This document shows, in pieces, positions 34,819-50,296 of a stretch of DNA of 64,000 nucleotides. The DNA lies in assembly GCA_000388065.2 (NCBI GenBank), contig KB932204.1, one strand, 5' to 3'. The translations under genes were made by a program, and so were the position numbers. Within the stretch, counting starts at the first letter, position 1; every line of letters starts with the position of its first letter. The notes under the pieces were generated by a model that did not search any database, was not told the origin of the DNA, and worked only from the letters and a program-made list of their open reading frames with translations. Origin of the DNA: Fonticula alba ATCC 38817. Lineage: Eukaryota; Protista; Nucleariida.

Positions 34819-37396
34819 CGGGCGGCATTGTCAATTGTTACTCCACAGTCCATGCCGACCGGCCGACCTTCTATACCGAGCGCCAAGACGGCCTTTATCG
34901 GCTGTTCCCCTTCTACATGGCACGTATCTTGGCTGATCTGCCCTTCGACATCGGTTTCTCCTTGCTGTACTCGATCCCGATCTACCTGCTGGCCGGGTTG
35001 GATCTGGAGGTGGATAAGGTGCGTGCCTGGTCTCCTGCACCGGAGTCCCCCGGGCGCCTGTATGTGTGTGTGTGTGCTTGTGTGCTTGTGTGCATGCGCA
35101 CGCCAAATCAGCGTGCTCTCCCTCGCCCCCTCTCCCCCCCCCCCCGTGCACTCACCAAAATCCATGCCTTTCACTACGCGCAAAGATGGTCGAAGAGGAG
35201 CCGGTCTTCCAGCCCAGCTCTCGCTCCGTGCGCATCGACGTGCGAAACCTCAACTACATCGTGCAGCCCGGGCTGGACCTGGACGCGCAGGCCATCGGGG
35301 CGGTGTTGACTCGCGGTCGCCGCGGCATGCCGACCCCGCGCAAGCTCCTGGACGACGTTTCCATGACGGTCCTGCCGGGGGAATTGTGCGCCGTCATCGG
35401 GTCCTCCGGATCGGGCAAGACCACGCTGCTGGATGTGATCGCCGCGCGGCATCAATCCGGCGGCGGGATGTTCGCCGGGAGCTCGCTATCCGGCGATGTC
35501 CTGCTGAATGGACTGCCCCGGACGACGGCCCGGATTCGAGCCGTCGGCGGGTATGTGGCCCAGGAGGACCGTCTCCCGGCCGAGCTGACCGTGCGCGAGG
35601 TCCTGTCCTTTGTGGCACGCATTCGCATGTCGCGCGACATGCGCGACGAGGAGAAGCTCCGCCGGGCGGATGCGGTGGCCGCCGAATTGGGGCTCATCCA
35701 TGTGGCGCACACGCCGATCGGCGGGTCGGCCACCGTGCGCGGTGTGTCTGGAGGCGAGCGTCGGCGTGTGTCCATTGGCACGCAATTGCTCCTGGACCCG
35801 GCGGTGCTCTTCGCCGATGAGCCGACCTCCGGGCTAGATGCATACACCGCACGGCATGTGGTGTCCACTCTGCGTGGCTTGGCCCGAGCCGGGCGCACCG
35901 TTCTCTGCACCATCCATGCCCCGCGGGCCGATGTCTTCCGGATGTTCGACAAGGTGATGATCCTGTCCCAGGGCCAGGTGGTGTACTTCGGGGCAGTCGA
36001 GCGGGTGGTGGACTACTTCTCCAAGGCCGGGCATCCGTGCCCCATCTACAGCAATCCCTGCGATTATTACCGTACGTGGTGCCCTTGTCATGCTTCCGCG
36101 GCCTCTTTGTGGCCTCTCTCTCTCTCTCCTTTTGTGGGCCTCCCTCCTTCTCTTTCCCCTGCTGCTCCTGGCCTCGCCTGGCCACCTGTGCATGGACTTA
36201 TGCTTTTTCTTTCATCCCCCCCCCCTCCCTCCCTCCCTCCGTCTGTCGCCCCGCTCCCCATGCCCGATGCCCCTCTGGTGCCGGTAGTCGACTTGTCCAC
36301 AGTGGACTTCCGCTCGGAGCGCCGGGAGCGCACCTCCCGCGCGGTGGTCAAGAAGCTGGTGGATTACTACCGGGCCAACACCAAGTTCGCCACCGGGCAC
36401 CTGCCCGAGGAGGATCCCCTGCATCAGCAATCCCGCGCAGATGCCAAGCTCCGGTTGATCCAGGCCTCGGAGCAGGATGCCAGCGTGGCGGCCGACAATG
36501 CGGCCCTGGCATCGGCCTCCGACGGCAGCAAGGGCAGGTCTCTCTTCTCGCGGCGCAAGTCCGCGGCCGCCGGCGATGGTGGGGACATCCCGATGGCCGA
36601 CCTTTCGCCCTCGCTTGAGGACACCTCCCCGGCCAAGGTCCTTGGTGGGTCGGAGGAGGACTTCCGCGCGGTGACCGGGGCCTCGGTTCTCGAGCAGTTC
36701 CGTCTGCTGTATCTGCGTTCCGTGATGTTCCGCTTCAAGGTATGTTTGGTTTTGACGTCCCGCGGCCGGCCGGCTGCCGGCTGTCTGCCTGGGGGGGGGG
36801 GGAGGGTCATGCTGCTCGATGCACTTGTCCACGCATGCGCACACACGCACGCACGCACACACGCACGCGCCCGGTCACATTCAACCACTCGACCTGCTGA
36901 CCTTTCCCGACACAACACACTGCCCCTGTTTGTGACACGCGCGCACATGCCCTCTTTCTTTCCCTCTGTCTCCCTCTCCCTCTCTCTCCCTCGCCGCCCT
37001 CTTATCCATCGCACACAAATGCGCAGGCTCGCTCGGCGCTGTTGACCGAGTTTGGCCAGACGCTGGCCATGGGCCTGGCCGTGGGTGTGGTCTTCTATGC
37101 CCTTGGCAGTGACCAGGTATCTGTGCAGGATCGCTTCGGCTTGTGCTACATCGTGTCGACCCTCTTCCCGTTCATGGTCATCCTGAGCACGGTGGCGAAG
37201 TGTGCGTTTAGATTGTGCCCATTGTGCCGGGGCTCCCCTGTCTCTCCCATTCAAACACCCTCCTTTGCCCCTCTTTCTCCCCCTCTCTCACACGATTTTC
37301 CCCTCGCGCTTGCTTTTGGCGTGCTTCCTCGGCTCTTCAACCTCAAATGTGCCGATGGGGTTGGACATCTTCCTCCGTCCACCTATCTCCGTATGC

Positions 37397-37429
<33 letters not shown>

Positions 37430-38513
37430 CGGGCGGCATTGTCAATTGTTACTCCACAGTCCATGCCGACCGGCCGACCTTCTATACCGAGCGCCAAGAC
37501 GGCCTTTATCGGCTGTTCCCCTTCTACATGGCACGTATCTTGGCTGATCTGCCCTTCGACATCGGTTTCTCCTTGCTGTACTCGATCCCGATCTACCTGC
37601 TGGCCGGGTTGGATCTGGAGGTGGATAAGGTGCGTGCCTGGTCTCCTGCACCGGAGTCCCCCGGGCGCCTGTATGTGTGTGTGTGTGCTTGTGTGCTTGT
37701 GTGCATGCGCACGCCAAATCAGCGTGCTCTCCCTCGCCCCCTCTCCCCCCCCCCCAGGTGGTTCTTCTAGATTCACTTTCTCGGCCAGCCTGAAAGCCTG
37801 ACATCGCGAGCTCTCCCCCTTTCGCTCCCCCCCCCCCCCCTCACCCACTCACCCCCGAGGTCAGTTCTTTGCCTTCCAAATTGTGATTTTCCTCTGTATC
37901 TACGCCAGTCGGTCGATTGCCGTCGGTGTGGCCTCCATGGTCCCGCGCTTCCAGCAGGCCTCCTTCGTGGCGAATTTCCTCTTCACCATGTTCCTTCTTC
38001 CCTGCGGGTATGTCATGCATTCCTCTCGTTGGATGGCAAAGCAGCCGAGCCGCCTGATCTCCACGCCTTCCCCTGCCCGTGTGGTGGCGAGACACACACC
38101 ATTGACATGATGCATCCCCCTCTCCTCGTCCCTTCGCAGGTTCATCTTCAACATGGACACCGTCTGGATTGGGATTCGCTGGCTCAGCAACATCTCCTTC
38201 GTCACGTTCACCTTCCAGGCTCTGTCGGTCAATGAGTTCCGTGACCAATCCTTCGATTGCCCAGCCCCACCGGTTGGCAGCATGGACGGCCAACTGCCGC
38301 CTGGCTTCGAGTCTCTGACGCCGGAGCAATTGGCACAGTACGCTTCTGGCGAGTTGACTTCCTGCCCCATCCCGGATGGCGAGTCGGCCCTGGAGTTGTA
38401 CGCCATGAGCAGCGTCAATGTCCTGCACAATGGCATCTTCCTGGTTGCGGTGACCGTCTTCTTCCGGACTCTCTGTTTCCTTGCCCTCAAGTACATCAGC
38501 CAGCGGCCGCGGT
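34301..38513 (+). CDS. ABC transporter subfamily G half transporter (NBD-TMD), ABCG5/ABCG8-like; multi-exon
   Basis: Walker A GSSGSGKTTLLD, Q-loop GYVAQED, signature VSGGERRRVSIG, Walker B LFADEPTSGLD and H-loop CTIHAP in exon 35186-~36070. TMD exons follow: FHADRPTFYTERQDGLY, ASFVANFLFTMFLLPCG, WIRWLSNISFVTFTFQALSVNEF. Ends LKYISQRPR*. Confidence 0.92.
34707..35145 (+). repeat. ~440-bp duplicate of 37320-37755 (intron-exon-intron of the ABCG TMD) placed directly after a 10-N gap
   Basis: Near-identical sequence including microsatellites. The duplicated TMD exon does not fit at this position, upstream of the NBD. Confidence 0.9.
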
Positions 38514-38740
38514 AATCCCCTCTCCTTTCTGCCGGGCCAAGCCCCGATGTCCATGTGCGCGCGTGTGTCGGCCATATGGGCGGGAGTTTGCAATGCGCCG
38601 CACGCAGGGGACCAGGCATGCTTCTCCTGCGGCTGTGGATTTCCAAATGTGCGCCTGAGCATGTGCGCGTGCATCCATCGTATACCCCTCAGTCGCCCAC
38701 ACTTGCACGCACCGGGCCCCTGAAGGCGGTGTATGGATCT

Positions 38741-38790
38741 GTGTGCCTGTGTGCCTGTGTGCCTGTGTGCCTGTGTGCCTGTGTGCTTGT
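38741..38790. repeat. 8-bp tandem repeat (GTGTGCCT)n downstream of ABCG
   Basis: About six copies read directly. Confidence 0.8.
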
Positions 38791-39913
38791 GTGTCCGCCG
38801 CATGTCCGGTGGTTAGGGTCCTAGAGCGCATGGTGTATCCCCTCTCCCTTCCCCTCCTGTTATTTCGTTAGTTGTATTTTATTGCTTGCGCGCGTCTGCA
38901 TCGGGGACATCGGTGCCTTTGCCAGGAAGTACCCATATGTTGATGTGCAAGAGTGTGGGTGCATGCGCGTCAGCCCCACCTTCCTCCCCACCTTCCTCCC
39001 CACCCTCCTCTCCACCTTCCTATCTTTCTCCCTCTCTCCCTCTCTTTCCCGCCACAGTCGGACGCATTTCCCAGTTTGCTAGTCGCCATCCATCCTCTCG
39101 ATGGCGATGTTTTTTTTGATGCGGTTGTTATTGTTGTTTCCGGTGTCAATGACACAGACATTACCTGTGTCCTCTTGCTCCTCTCGCCCCGAGAGCGAGC
39201 ATTTCAATAAAGCACCCTTGATGAGACACACGCCATACACCAGCGAAGCAGGGCCGATGGGGATGGGGGGTAATGGGGTCCGGAGAGCGGGCCCCTTCTC
39301 CACGTGCCTCGCCAGACACCGCTGCCCTCGCGAAACACACACCAGCCAGCCCCGAGGGAGGGTCCGATCGCCGGCGTTGCCTAGCCCTCAATTGACATAG
39401 TGCCAACGCTCACAATGTCATTTCGTGATACGTGATCAGGTGCCCGCCCGCTGCGGGCGCCCAGGCCGCCGCCGCCCGCCCCCCGGCTCCCGCGACAGTC
39501 CCCGGCTCCTTCCCCTCGTCCTGAGGACAACTGGTGTGGCCTTTTTTCGGGCCCCCGCACAGATCGGGCATTCGTGGGCTGGAGGCACCCCGCTCCGTCG
39601 CGATTCCTGTTGCTCCCTTGTGACTGTATCCACACCCTCCCCACCTCTCTTCTCCTTCCCCCCGCCTCTTTCATTCTTTCTTTCCTTCTCTCTCTTCTTA
39701 TTCTTCTGTCCATCTCCTCAATTTCCCCCCTCCCAATTTCCTCNNNNNNNNNNNNNNNNNNNNNNNNNNNNNNNNNNNNNNNNNNNNNNNNNNNNNNNNN
39801 NNNNNNNNNCCCCCCCCCCCCCCCCATCTGCGCCTCTGCCGCTTTTCTCGTCTCTAATCCCCACGTTTTCCCGTCATTCTCGCCCAGTCACCTTCTCGAC
39901 ACTACACAGCACC

Positions 39914-40448
39914 ATGCTGCCCAGCTTCTCGTGCGCCTCCTCCTCTGCTGCCATTCTCGCCCGCGCCTGCCTTCGTCTCCCCTAGGCGGTTGGTATTGAC
40001 CCACCTCGGATCGCTCGCTTCCTTTGCTCCTTGTCGCGTGAGCAGGCGCTTTGCGGCTCGTTTCCTCGGCCCCCGCTTCGTCGCCCCGGCGATGAAGGCC
40101 CCCACCGTCCCGACGGTGTCGCAGCTGTTCTTCAATTCGACCGCTCGCCCGGCCGTCCCGTCGCTCATGCAGTCGGCCGTGTCGCGGTTCACCGGTGCCA
40201 ACGGCTCGGCCCTCCTTTCGCGGCCAACCATGGCCGGTCTCCTGTCGCAGGGGTCCCCGCTGGCTGGCCAGCAGTCCATGGCCGGTGCCAGCCTTGCCGT
40301 CCGCTTCCGGTCCTTCGGTAACGAGTATCAGCCGAGCACTCGTCGCCGTAAGCGCAAGCACGGCTTCCTGGCTCGCAAGAGCACCCCCGGCGGCCTGCGC
40401 ACTCTGGCTCGCCGCAAGAACCGCGGCCGCAAGAACATGTCCCACTGA
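39914..40448 (+). CDS. MRPL34: Mitochondrial ribosomal protein L34 (bL34m) with long presequence; 2 exons
   Basis: MLPSFS, intron 39931-39985, then RLVLTH... in frame with the bL34 domain FGNEYQPSTRRRKRKHGFLARKSTPGGLRTLARRKNRGRKNMSH*. Confidence 0.93.
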
Positions 40449-40738
40449 TGAGCCGGCTCTGGGTGCCGAGCTTTTCCCTCCTCCTTGCCCGTCCCCCCCC
40501 CCCCTCATCTCTTTCTCTCTCATTTACCTTCTTCTGCCACTCCCGCGTCCTTGATCCTTCCCCCGCTGTTTTCGCGCTCCCCCCCCCCCTTCCCCCAATA
40601 GATTCCTTTTGTTCTGCTTGGGCCTTCCTCCCCGGGTGACCGACACACCTGCCCTCGTGCGGCGGGGGAATATGTGGTTTTTGTGCTTTTTTGTAAGGTG
40701 CCTCCGGGGGCACTGCCGAGCTCCTGCCCAGCTGGCTG

Positions 40739-43584
<2,846 letters not shown>

Positions 43585-44028
43585 GTCGTGTGTACATGCA
43601 GCAGACGAGTGATGGCAAGAGGTGCACGCGTGTCGGCCGGATGGGACGTGGTGGCAGTGACTCAAAAAAAAAAGCCGGATGGGCGGGAGCAGGGGCAGGG
43701 ACGGGTGCGCGAGGGGGAGGGGGAGGGGGGAGTGACCTGGTCTGTGGCCACCGGTGGGTGAGGAACAGAGGCGCCCCCTCCCGATCCCGCGGCCGATCAT
43801 GCATGGGCACCGGCTGGCCGTGCCTCTGCCCTCCGCCAGGCACCAGAGTCCGGGACGGAATCTAACGGCCGGTCGGCAACTGCCAACGCCACATGCGCAC
43901 GATTGTCTCCCCGGGGGCTGTCTCGCGGATGGCGCACCCCCCCCTATGTGCCATCTGGCTCTCGGTGGGGACCAGGGACAAATGGAGAGAGATCTTTAAA
44001 TGTGTGCATGCATGCGTGGGCGTGCTTC

Positions 44029-44073
<45 letters not shown>

Positions 44074-44313
44074 CTCTCTCTGTGTGTGTGTATTCAATGT
44101 GCTTGGGAGAAGGTGAGGGAAAAACAAGCCATTGCTCTGGTCCTCGAGGAGCCCGCAGATCAAATAATACACCTCGAGTGGCCTGGTTGCGCCCCCCTCC
44201 CCCCCTCAACCCTTCTTTCTCTCTCCTCCTCCTTCTCCCTCTCTCTCTCTGTCTCCTCGTTTCCCTTGCATCCTCCCTCCCCCACCCGGCACCCCCTGTT
44301 CCTGTCTAGGACA

Positions 44314-44813
44314 ATGGACAACGCATGCTCGAGCCAAACCGGCCCGGTAGAGGACTCCCTCCCCCGGTTCGCCACGTACTCCCGCGAAGAGGTATGCTTG
44401 TTGGCCACGCTTCGGCCTTTGCTGTCCGCCTTGTGCCGGATGTCTTCCATGCCTTCGCCTGATGCTGACGCCATGGTGTCCGGGTTTTGCAGATCGCCAT
44501 GCACAATAGCGCCGATGACTGTTGGATCATCATCGAGGGGCGAGTTTACGATGTGACGGCTTTTCTGAATGACCATCCGTGCGTCGAGTCGGGGCTGTTG
44601 CTTTCACGGCGCCCTTCCTGCGCCCATTACCCCTGGGTCTAACCTCCCCCCGCCCCCCCCCGCCGACTCAATCGCAGCGGCGGTGCCCGGATCATCTTGC
44701 GCCACGCTGGGCGTGACGCCACTGAGGCCTTCCTGGACATTGGACATTCGGCCCGGGCCCAGGTTCTCCTGCGAAAGTTCCTGATCGGTGTGGCCGGACG
44801 AAAGTCGGTCTGA
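44314..44813 (+). CDS. Cytochrome b5 (short, apparently without membrane anchor); 3 exons
   Basis: Exons 44314-44391, 44493-44578 and 44678-44813 splice to YSREE-IAMHNSADDCWIIIEGRVYDVTAFLNDHP-GGARIILRHAGRDATEAFLDIGHSARAQVLLRKFLIG. Both haem-ligand motifs (HPGG, GHS) are present. The ORF track misses it. Confidence 0.9.
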
Positions 44814-45089
44814 TCCAGCCCGCCCCCACACCCTCATACGCCTGTTGATAGATTCCTTGGAGACACCTTTCCCTTGATGCGTACATGGTTGCAAGCATAT
44901 CCCCGCGCCCCGGTGCCCCCCCCCCCCCCTTCGGCGGCGCCCATGGTAGAGGATAGTACACGGTTTTATGTATATGTGAATTGTGCGTGCGTGCGCGCGT
45001 GCGTGCGTGGACAGACACACAGACACACAGACACACACGCACAGGCAGAGAAGCCCGGCAGCAGCACCGCAAGCAATGGGGGCGGGGCC

Positions 45090-46061
45090 TTACTCGGAGG
45101 CCTTCTCCTCGGTGGGGATGAGGTTGTGGGTGCGGAGCATGTTGTGGAGCTCGCCGGAGCTGTACAGCTGAGAGACGATATCGAAGCCGCCAACAAACTC
45201 GCCCTTGATGTAGACCTGGGGAAGGGTGGGCCAGGAGCTGTTTGGAAAAGGGGAGTCAGCATGGCGCGGGGCCGCCGGGGAAATGGAAGGGCACAAGAGG
45301 GGGACCGAATGAGAAAGGGGGGGCGCGGCGGGCACACGGGACGGCAAGGGCACACGCACGAGAGATCCTTGATGCCCTGGCGAACCTCGTCGGACTCGAG
45401 GACATCGATGGCCTTGAACTCCGAGACACCGGCGGCACCGATCAGCTGGACCACACCGCGAGAGAAGCCGCACTGAGATCAGGCGCGCAAAGAGGGAGCG
45501 GGCAGAGGGGGAGGCGGGAGAGAGACAGAGAGAGAGAGAGAGAGCGGGAGCGGGAGAGAACAGACGAGGGTTAGAACACGGGCCGGGATCCCAACATCCC
45601 GAGAGAGGAAGAGAGAGAGAGAGAGAGGGGAGCCGTGCAGGGGAACATAGACGCACACGGGGGGCCTCGGGAACGCCCTTCATGAAGACGACAATGTCGT
45701 TGTCCTTGATGGTCTGCGTCGAGTCGGAAGGAGGGGCGAGGGGTGTCAGTGGCTCCGAGTGCGGGCAAGTCCCACGATGCAGGCCGAGCGCAGGAGGCAA
45801 AGGGGGCCCCGGGGAAAGCGCACCTTGTCCAGCTGCTGGAGCAGATCCGGGCTGACGCTAGACATGGAGCGCATGGCCATGAGCGGGGCAACGGCCGGCC
45901 GGGCGGCAGCCGCACGCAGAGCAGTGCGGTTCAGGGTAGCGGCAAACAGGGCAGTGCGGGAAAGCTGGGGGATGGCGCGGAGGTGTCAGAGGGGGATCTG
46001 GGGGGGGGGGGAGGGGGGGAAGAGAGGGGACAAGAGGGGCCAGAAACAAGTGAAATACCAT
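45090..46061 (-). CDS. GLRX5: Mitochondrial monothiol CGFS glutaredoxin (Grx5/GLRX5); multi-exon
   Basis: ATG, intron, then [23 protein letters not shown] (presequence); [18 protein letters not shown]; [11 protein letters not shown] (45473 downward); [20 protein letters not shown]. Confidence 0.92.
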
Positions 46062-46917
46062 GACTAAGGAGGGAGGGGGAGAGGGCTGTTGGGAGAGGAA
46101 GGAGGAGAGGAGACAGCTGTAGATGCTCTGCGCGCCGGGGCGTCAGTGGCCGGGTCGGGGGGCACCAAAAAAATGTCCCACACGCAGGCGGCGCCGGGGG
46201 AGGGGATGTGGGCTCCTCTCTCCTTCTCGTTCTCTCTCCGTCTCTCTCGCCAGGCACATGCCTCTCGCCGGGACCACGGAAAGGCTGTGTGTCCCCCTGG
46301 GTCTTCCCTGGGCTGGAGGGGGGGGGCTCTATCGGCGCCTGGGGCGGGGCGGATCGGGCAGCGAATGATCGCCGTGTGATACAAGGGAATGTCATTTGGG
46401 ACATCACGAGCCCTGCCCGCCACCGGCGCCGAGGCGCGTGATCCATCGGCAGCCATGCGCTGCCCCTGCCTTGTGCTTGCTGGGACGATCTCGGCCATTC
46501 TCACCAGGCAGCGTGTCCCCGTCCCCTCTTCGGCCTCGGGTCGGCCAGCCGGCCGGCCGGCCGCGGGCACATGCGCCCGGTCGGATGCCGCATGTGTGTG
46601 GGTGTGTGCGTGCGCGCGGGGGCGGCCCGCGGCCGCCTGCGAGCGCACCGGCAGGCATGCGGGGCCAGTCCCACTCGTCCGGTGGCGATCTCCGGGGTGG
46701 TTGTTTTGGCTGTCCCCGGCGGGGGCGGAGGGGGGAGAGGCCGGCTCGATGAAAGGGATGGCGGGTATTTTTCGAGCTCAGGTTGTTGGCCTCCTCCCAC
46801 GGAGAGACCCCTACTCCTCCATCCCCCAGCCTTTCTACACCCTTCTGCTCCTCCTCTCTCCCCCCTTTCCCTTCCTCCCCTTCCCCCCCCCCTCCTTTCC
46901 TTCTCCCCGTCGTGAGC

Positions 46918-49885
46918 ATGTCCATGTCGCTTGTGGCGCCCCACATGGCCGCGGCCGCCTTCCTGGGCGAGGACGCCCCGGCCGACCAGGAGCACCAGTC
47001 GGTTACCTGGGAGGAGCTCGGCCTGGATAGCCGAATTGGCAAGGCAGCCCTGCGCATGGGCCTCGCGGAGCCGAACATGGTCCAGCGCGAGTCGATCCCC
47101 CTGGCCCTGGCCGTGCGTCGCAGATCCCGGTTCCTTCCGTGTCTCTCCCAGCTTTGCCGAGCCATGCGCCCCGAACTGACATCCATGCGTCCCGCCCCCC
47201 TCCCCCACCCTGGGCTTGGTTTGCTCTTGCTTTGTCCCCCCCCCCCCAGGGAAAGGACATCCTCTGCCGCGCAAAGACCGGCTCCGGCAAGACGGCCGCC
47301 TACGTGATGCCGGCCATCCAGCGTGTGCTCAACGCCAAGGAGGTATGCCTTTTGCCCATCTCCCATGCCCCTTCTCTCTTCCTCTCTCTCTCTCTCTCTT
47401 TCCATCTCGACGTCGTCGCTTGGCCCGTGGCCTGCGCCCCGTCCTGTCAACGGCCCCCCTTTCCCTCCTCCGTCCGATCTTTCCCTCCGGTCGCTCACCC
47501 CTCGTGTGTTTGTCCCAGCGCGACCCCAACTACACCGGTGTCAAGGCCCTGCTCCTGGTTCCGACGCGTGAGCTGCTGGAGCAGGTCTTCCAGTATTGCC
47601 GGCATCTCACGCTTCATTGCGCACAGAATGTCCACGTTGTGCAGCTCTCTTCGGATTTGAGCCCTGCGTCTCAGAAGTGCGTGGTCTGCTCCGGCTCCCC
47701 GGCATCCCCCCTCTCCTTTTGGGTTGCTGCGTATTTTGCCTTCCCCCCCCCCCCGGGAGACTAACATCTTCTGTCTCCCCGGTTCCTGCAGGGCTCTTTT
47801 GGCCGAGTGCCCAGACATCATTGTATCCACTCCGCGTGTTGTGAGCCACCTCGAGAGCGGTGTATGTGCCCCCTGCCCGCTGCCCTGTGCTCCGCCACTT
47901 GCGTCTCCCTGCTGACGTTCTTTCCCACCAACTCCGTTCCACTCTCTCTCTCTCTCCCCCTCCTCCCCCCCCCCCCCCCGCCTTCGCGACACGCCCTCTC
48001 TGACGCCCTTCCTCCGCGGCCTCGGACACAGGTGCTCAGCATCAAGGAATCCCTCGAGACCTTGGTCATCGATGAGGCGGACCTCATCCTGTCCTTCGGT
48101 TATAGCGAGGATGTCCGCACACTGCTGACCTTCACTCCCCAGATCTTCCAGGTGGTCCTGATGTCAGCCACTCTGACCCCGGTGCGTTCGAGCTCCACCA
48201 TCCTCTCTGCGCCGGCGACAGGGCCTGCCTTTCGCTTGGTCCCCATCGGCCGGGGCCGGCACTGACTTATCGTCGATCCCTGTCGCCTCCCCCGTCCTCT
48301 GCCCTCCTCGCCCCCCNNNNNNNNNNNNNNNNNNNNNNNNNNNNNNNNNNNNNNNNNNNNCCCCCCCGAATACCCCCACAGGATGTTGTCCAGCTGAAGC
48401 AGCTTCTCCTGCGGAATGCGGTGATCATCAAGCTCGAGGAGTCGGAGCTCCACAACCGTCAGCTGTCCCAGTTCTTCGTCCATGCCGAGGAGGACGAGAA
48501 GTTCCTGCTGCTTTACTTCATTCTTAAGATGCAGCTGGTTCCGGGCAAGTCCATCATCTTCGTCAACAGCATTGACAAATGCTACCGGCTGCGCCTGTTC
48601 CTGGAGCGGTTTGGCATCCGGGCGTGCGCCCTGAATGGGGCCCTGCCGCACAACTCTCGCTACCACGTGGTGCAGGAATTCAACAAGGGCACCTACTCGT
48701 GTATCATCGCCACCGACGGGGCGGCGTCTCACTTTGAGGATGCCGCGCCCGGCGGCAAGAAGGCCGGCAAGAAGTCCTCGCGCCAGGGGGCCAGCTCCGG
48801 CTCGAAGACCGAGTCCTACGGCGTGTCGCGTGGCATCGACTTCCGCGATGCCACGCTTGTGGTGAACTTCGACATGGCGGACACCTTCGTGCAGCACACC
48901 CACCGTGTGGGCCGGACGGCGCGTGGCAACAAGAAGGGCACGGCCATCACCATGGTGTCGGTCGGCGAGGAGGCCCAGCGGCTGGAGGACTTCCAGCGGG
49001 AGGCCAAGATGGAGCTGACCGGGCTGACGGCGCACTCCACGCGTCGGACCAAGCGCCAGTACAAGCGCGAGCAGGCCCTCGAGCGGGCGCTCCTGGCGCC
49101 GGCATCCGAGGCGGGTGCCGGCAGCTCGGCCGAGGCGACGGCCGATGGTGATGCCGCCGCCGAGGCCCAGCCTCGACGCCTGGTGGATTTGGACAACATG
49201 GAGGACATCATGCGGCCGCTGCGCTTCGACATGGCCACCGTCAACAGCTTCCGGTACCGTGTGCAGGATGTCCTGCGGTCGGTGACCAAGGCCTGTGTCC
49301 GGGAGGCCCGGCTGCAGGAGATTCGTCAGGAGCTCCTGACGTCGGAGCGCCTGCGCGCTCACTTCGAGGACAATCCCCTGGATCAGGATGCCCTGCGCCA
49401 TGACAAGCCCCTCGGTGTGTCGGCCCTGCAGCATGTTGGCCGGTCTCTGCGCAATGTGCCGGAGTACCTGCTCCCGACCTCGGCGTCGGTGGTGGCCAAT
49501 GGCGCCATCTCCACCGGGTCCATGTTTGCCCGTGATGACCGGGCTCCCTTCGACCCGAAGCGCAAGAACAAGGGCCGCCGGGGCAACAAGCGTGCTGGCA
49601 AGGTGCGTAGTGGAGGCTCTTTGTCCATGTCTCCTCCTTGTTGCCCTTCCCTGCCTTGACCCTCTCGGCTGCGCCATCTTTCTGGGCTTTCCGGGTTCCC
49701 CCCTCCCCCTCTTTGCCCGGCTTCTCTCCCCCTGCCGCCCTCCTCCTTGCATTGGATGTGTTTCCCTCTTTTTTTTCCCTTCTCTAACTCTCTTTCCCCC
49801 GTGGGACGAATCCGATGACGCACACCAGGCCTCCAAGTCTGCTTCCTCCAAGAAGCGTAATCCCCTCAAGTCCTTCAAGGCCTGA
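46918..49885 (+). CDS. DBP9: DEAD-box RNA helicase DBP9/DDX56; multi-exon
   Basis: Q motif [10 protein letters not shown]...[10 protein letters not shown]; [11 protein letters not shown]; LVPTREL; [13 protein letters not shown]; MSATL; [35 protein letters not shown]; [11 protein letters not shown]; HRVGRTAR; [13 protein letters not shown]...REARL...[15 protein letters not shown]; ends [11 protein letters not shown]. Confidence 0.93.
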
Positions 49886-50296
49886 TCTCCCTTTCTCCCC
49901 TTCGTCCAATCCCTCTTCGCGGTGTGTGTCCCCCCTCCCTTCCTCCCTCCTCGTTCCCCCCCCCCCGCCCCCCCTCCCCCCTCCACGCGTGTGCAGGTTC
50001 TCCTCTCCCCCCTCCTCCTTTTTTTTTTGCAGGGGTTCCAGGCACCGTCCCTCCTCCATCGCGCACCTCTGTCCTTGTGTGATAAATAAAGTGTGATCTG
50101 CTTCCCGGTGTTGGTGTCCTCTCTTTCTCTTTGCGGGTCTCATTTTTTGTCCTCCCCCTGCCCCATGCACCAGGTGATTGCCAGGATGGAATGTACATTT
50201 GTTTGCCCGAACGGCGGATTTGAGCGCTCCGGGCCGTCGTGCCGAGAAAGAGACCGAGAGACCGAGAGAGAGAGATGGAGGGCGAGGAGGCTTCCC

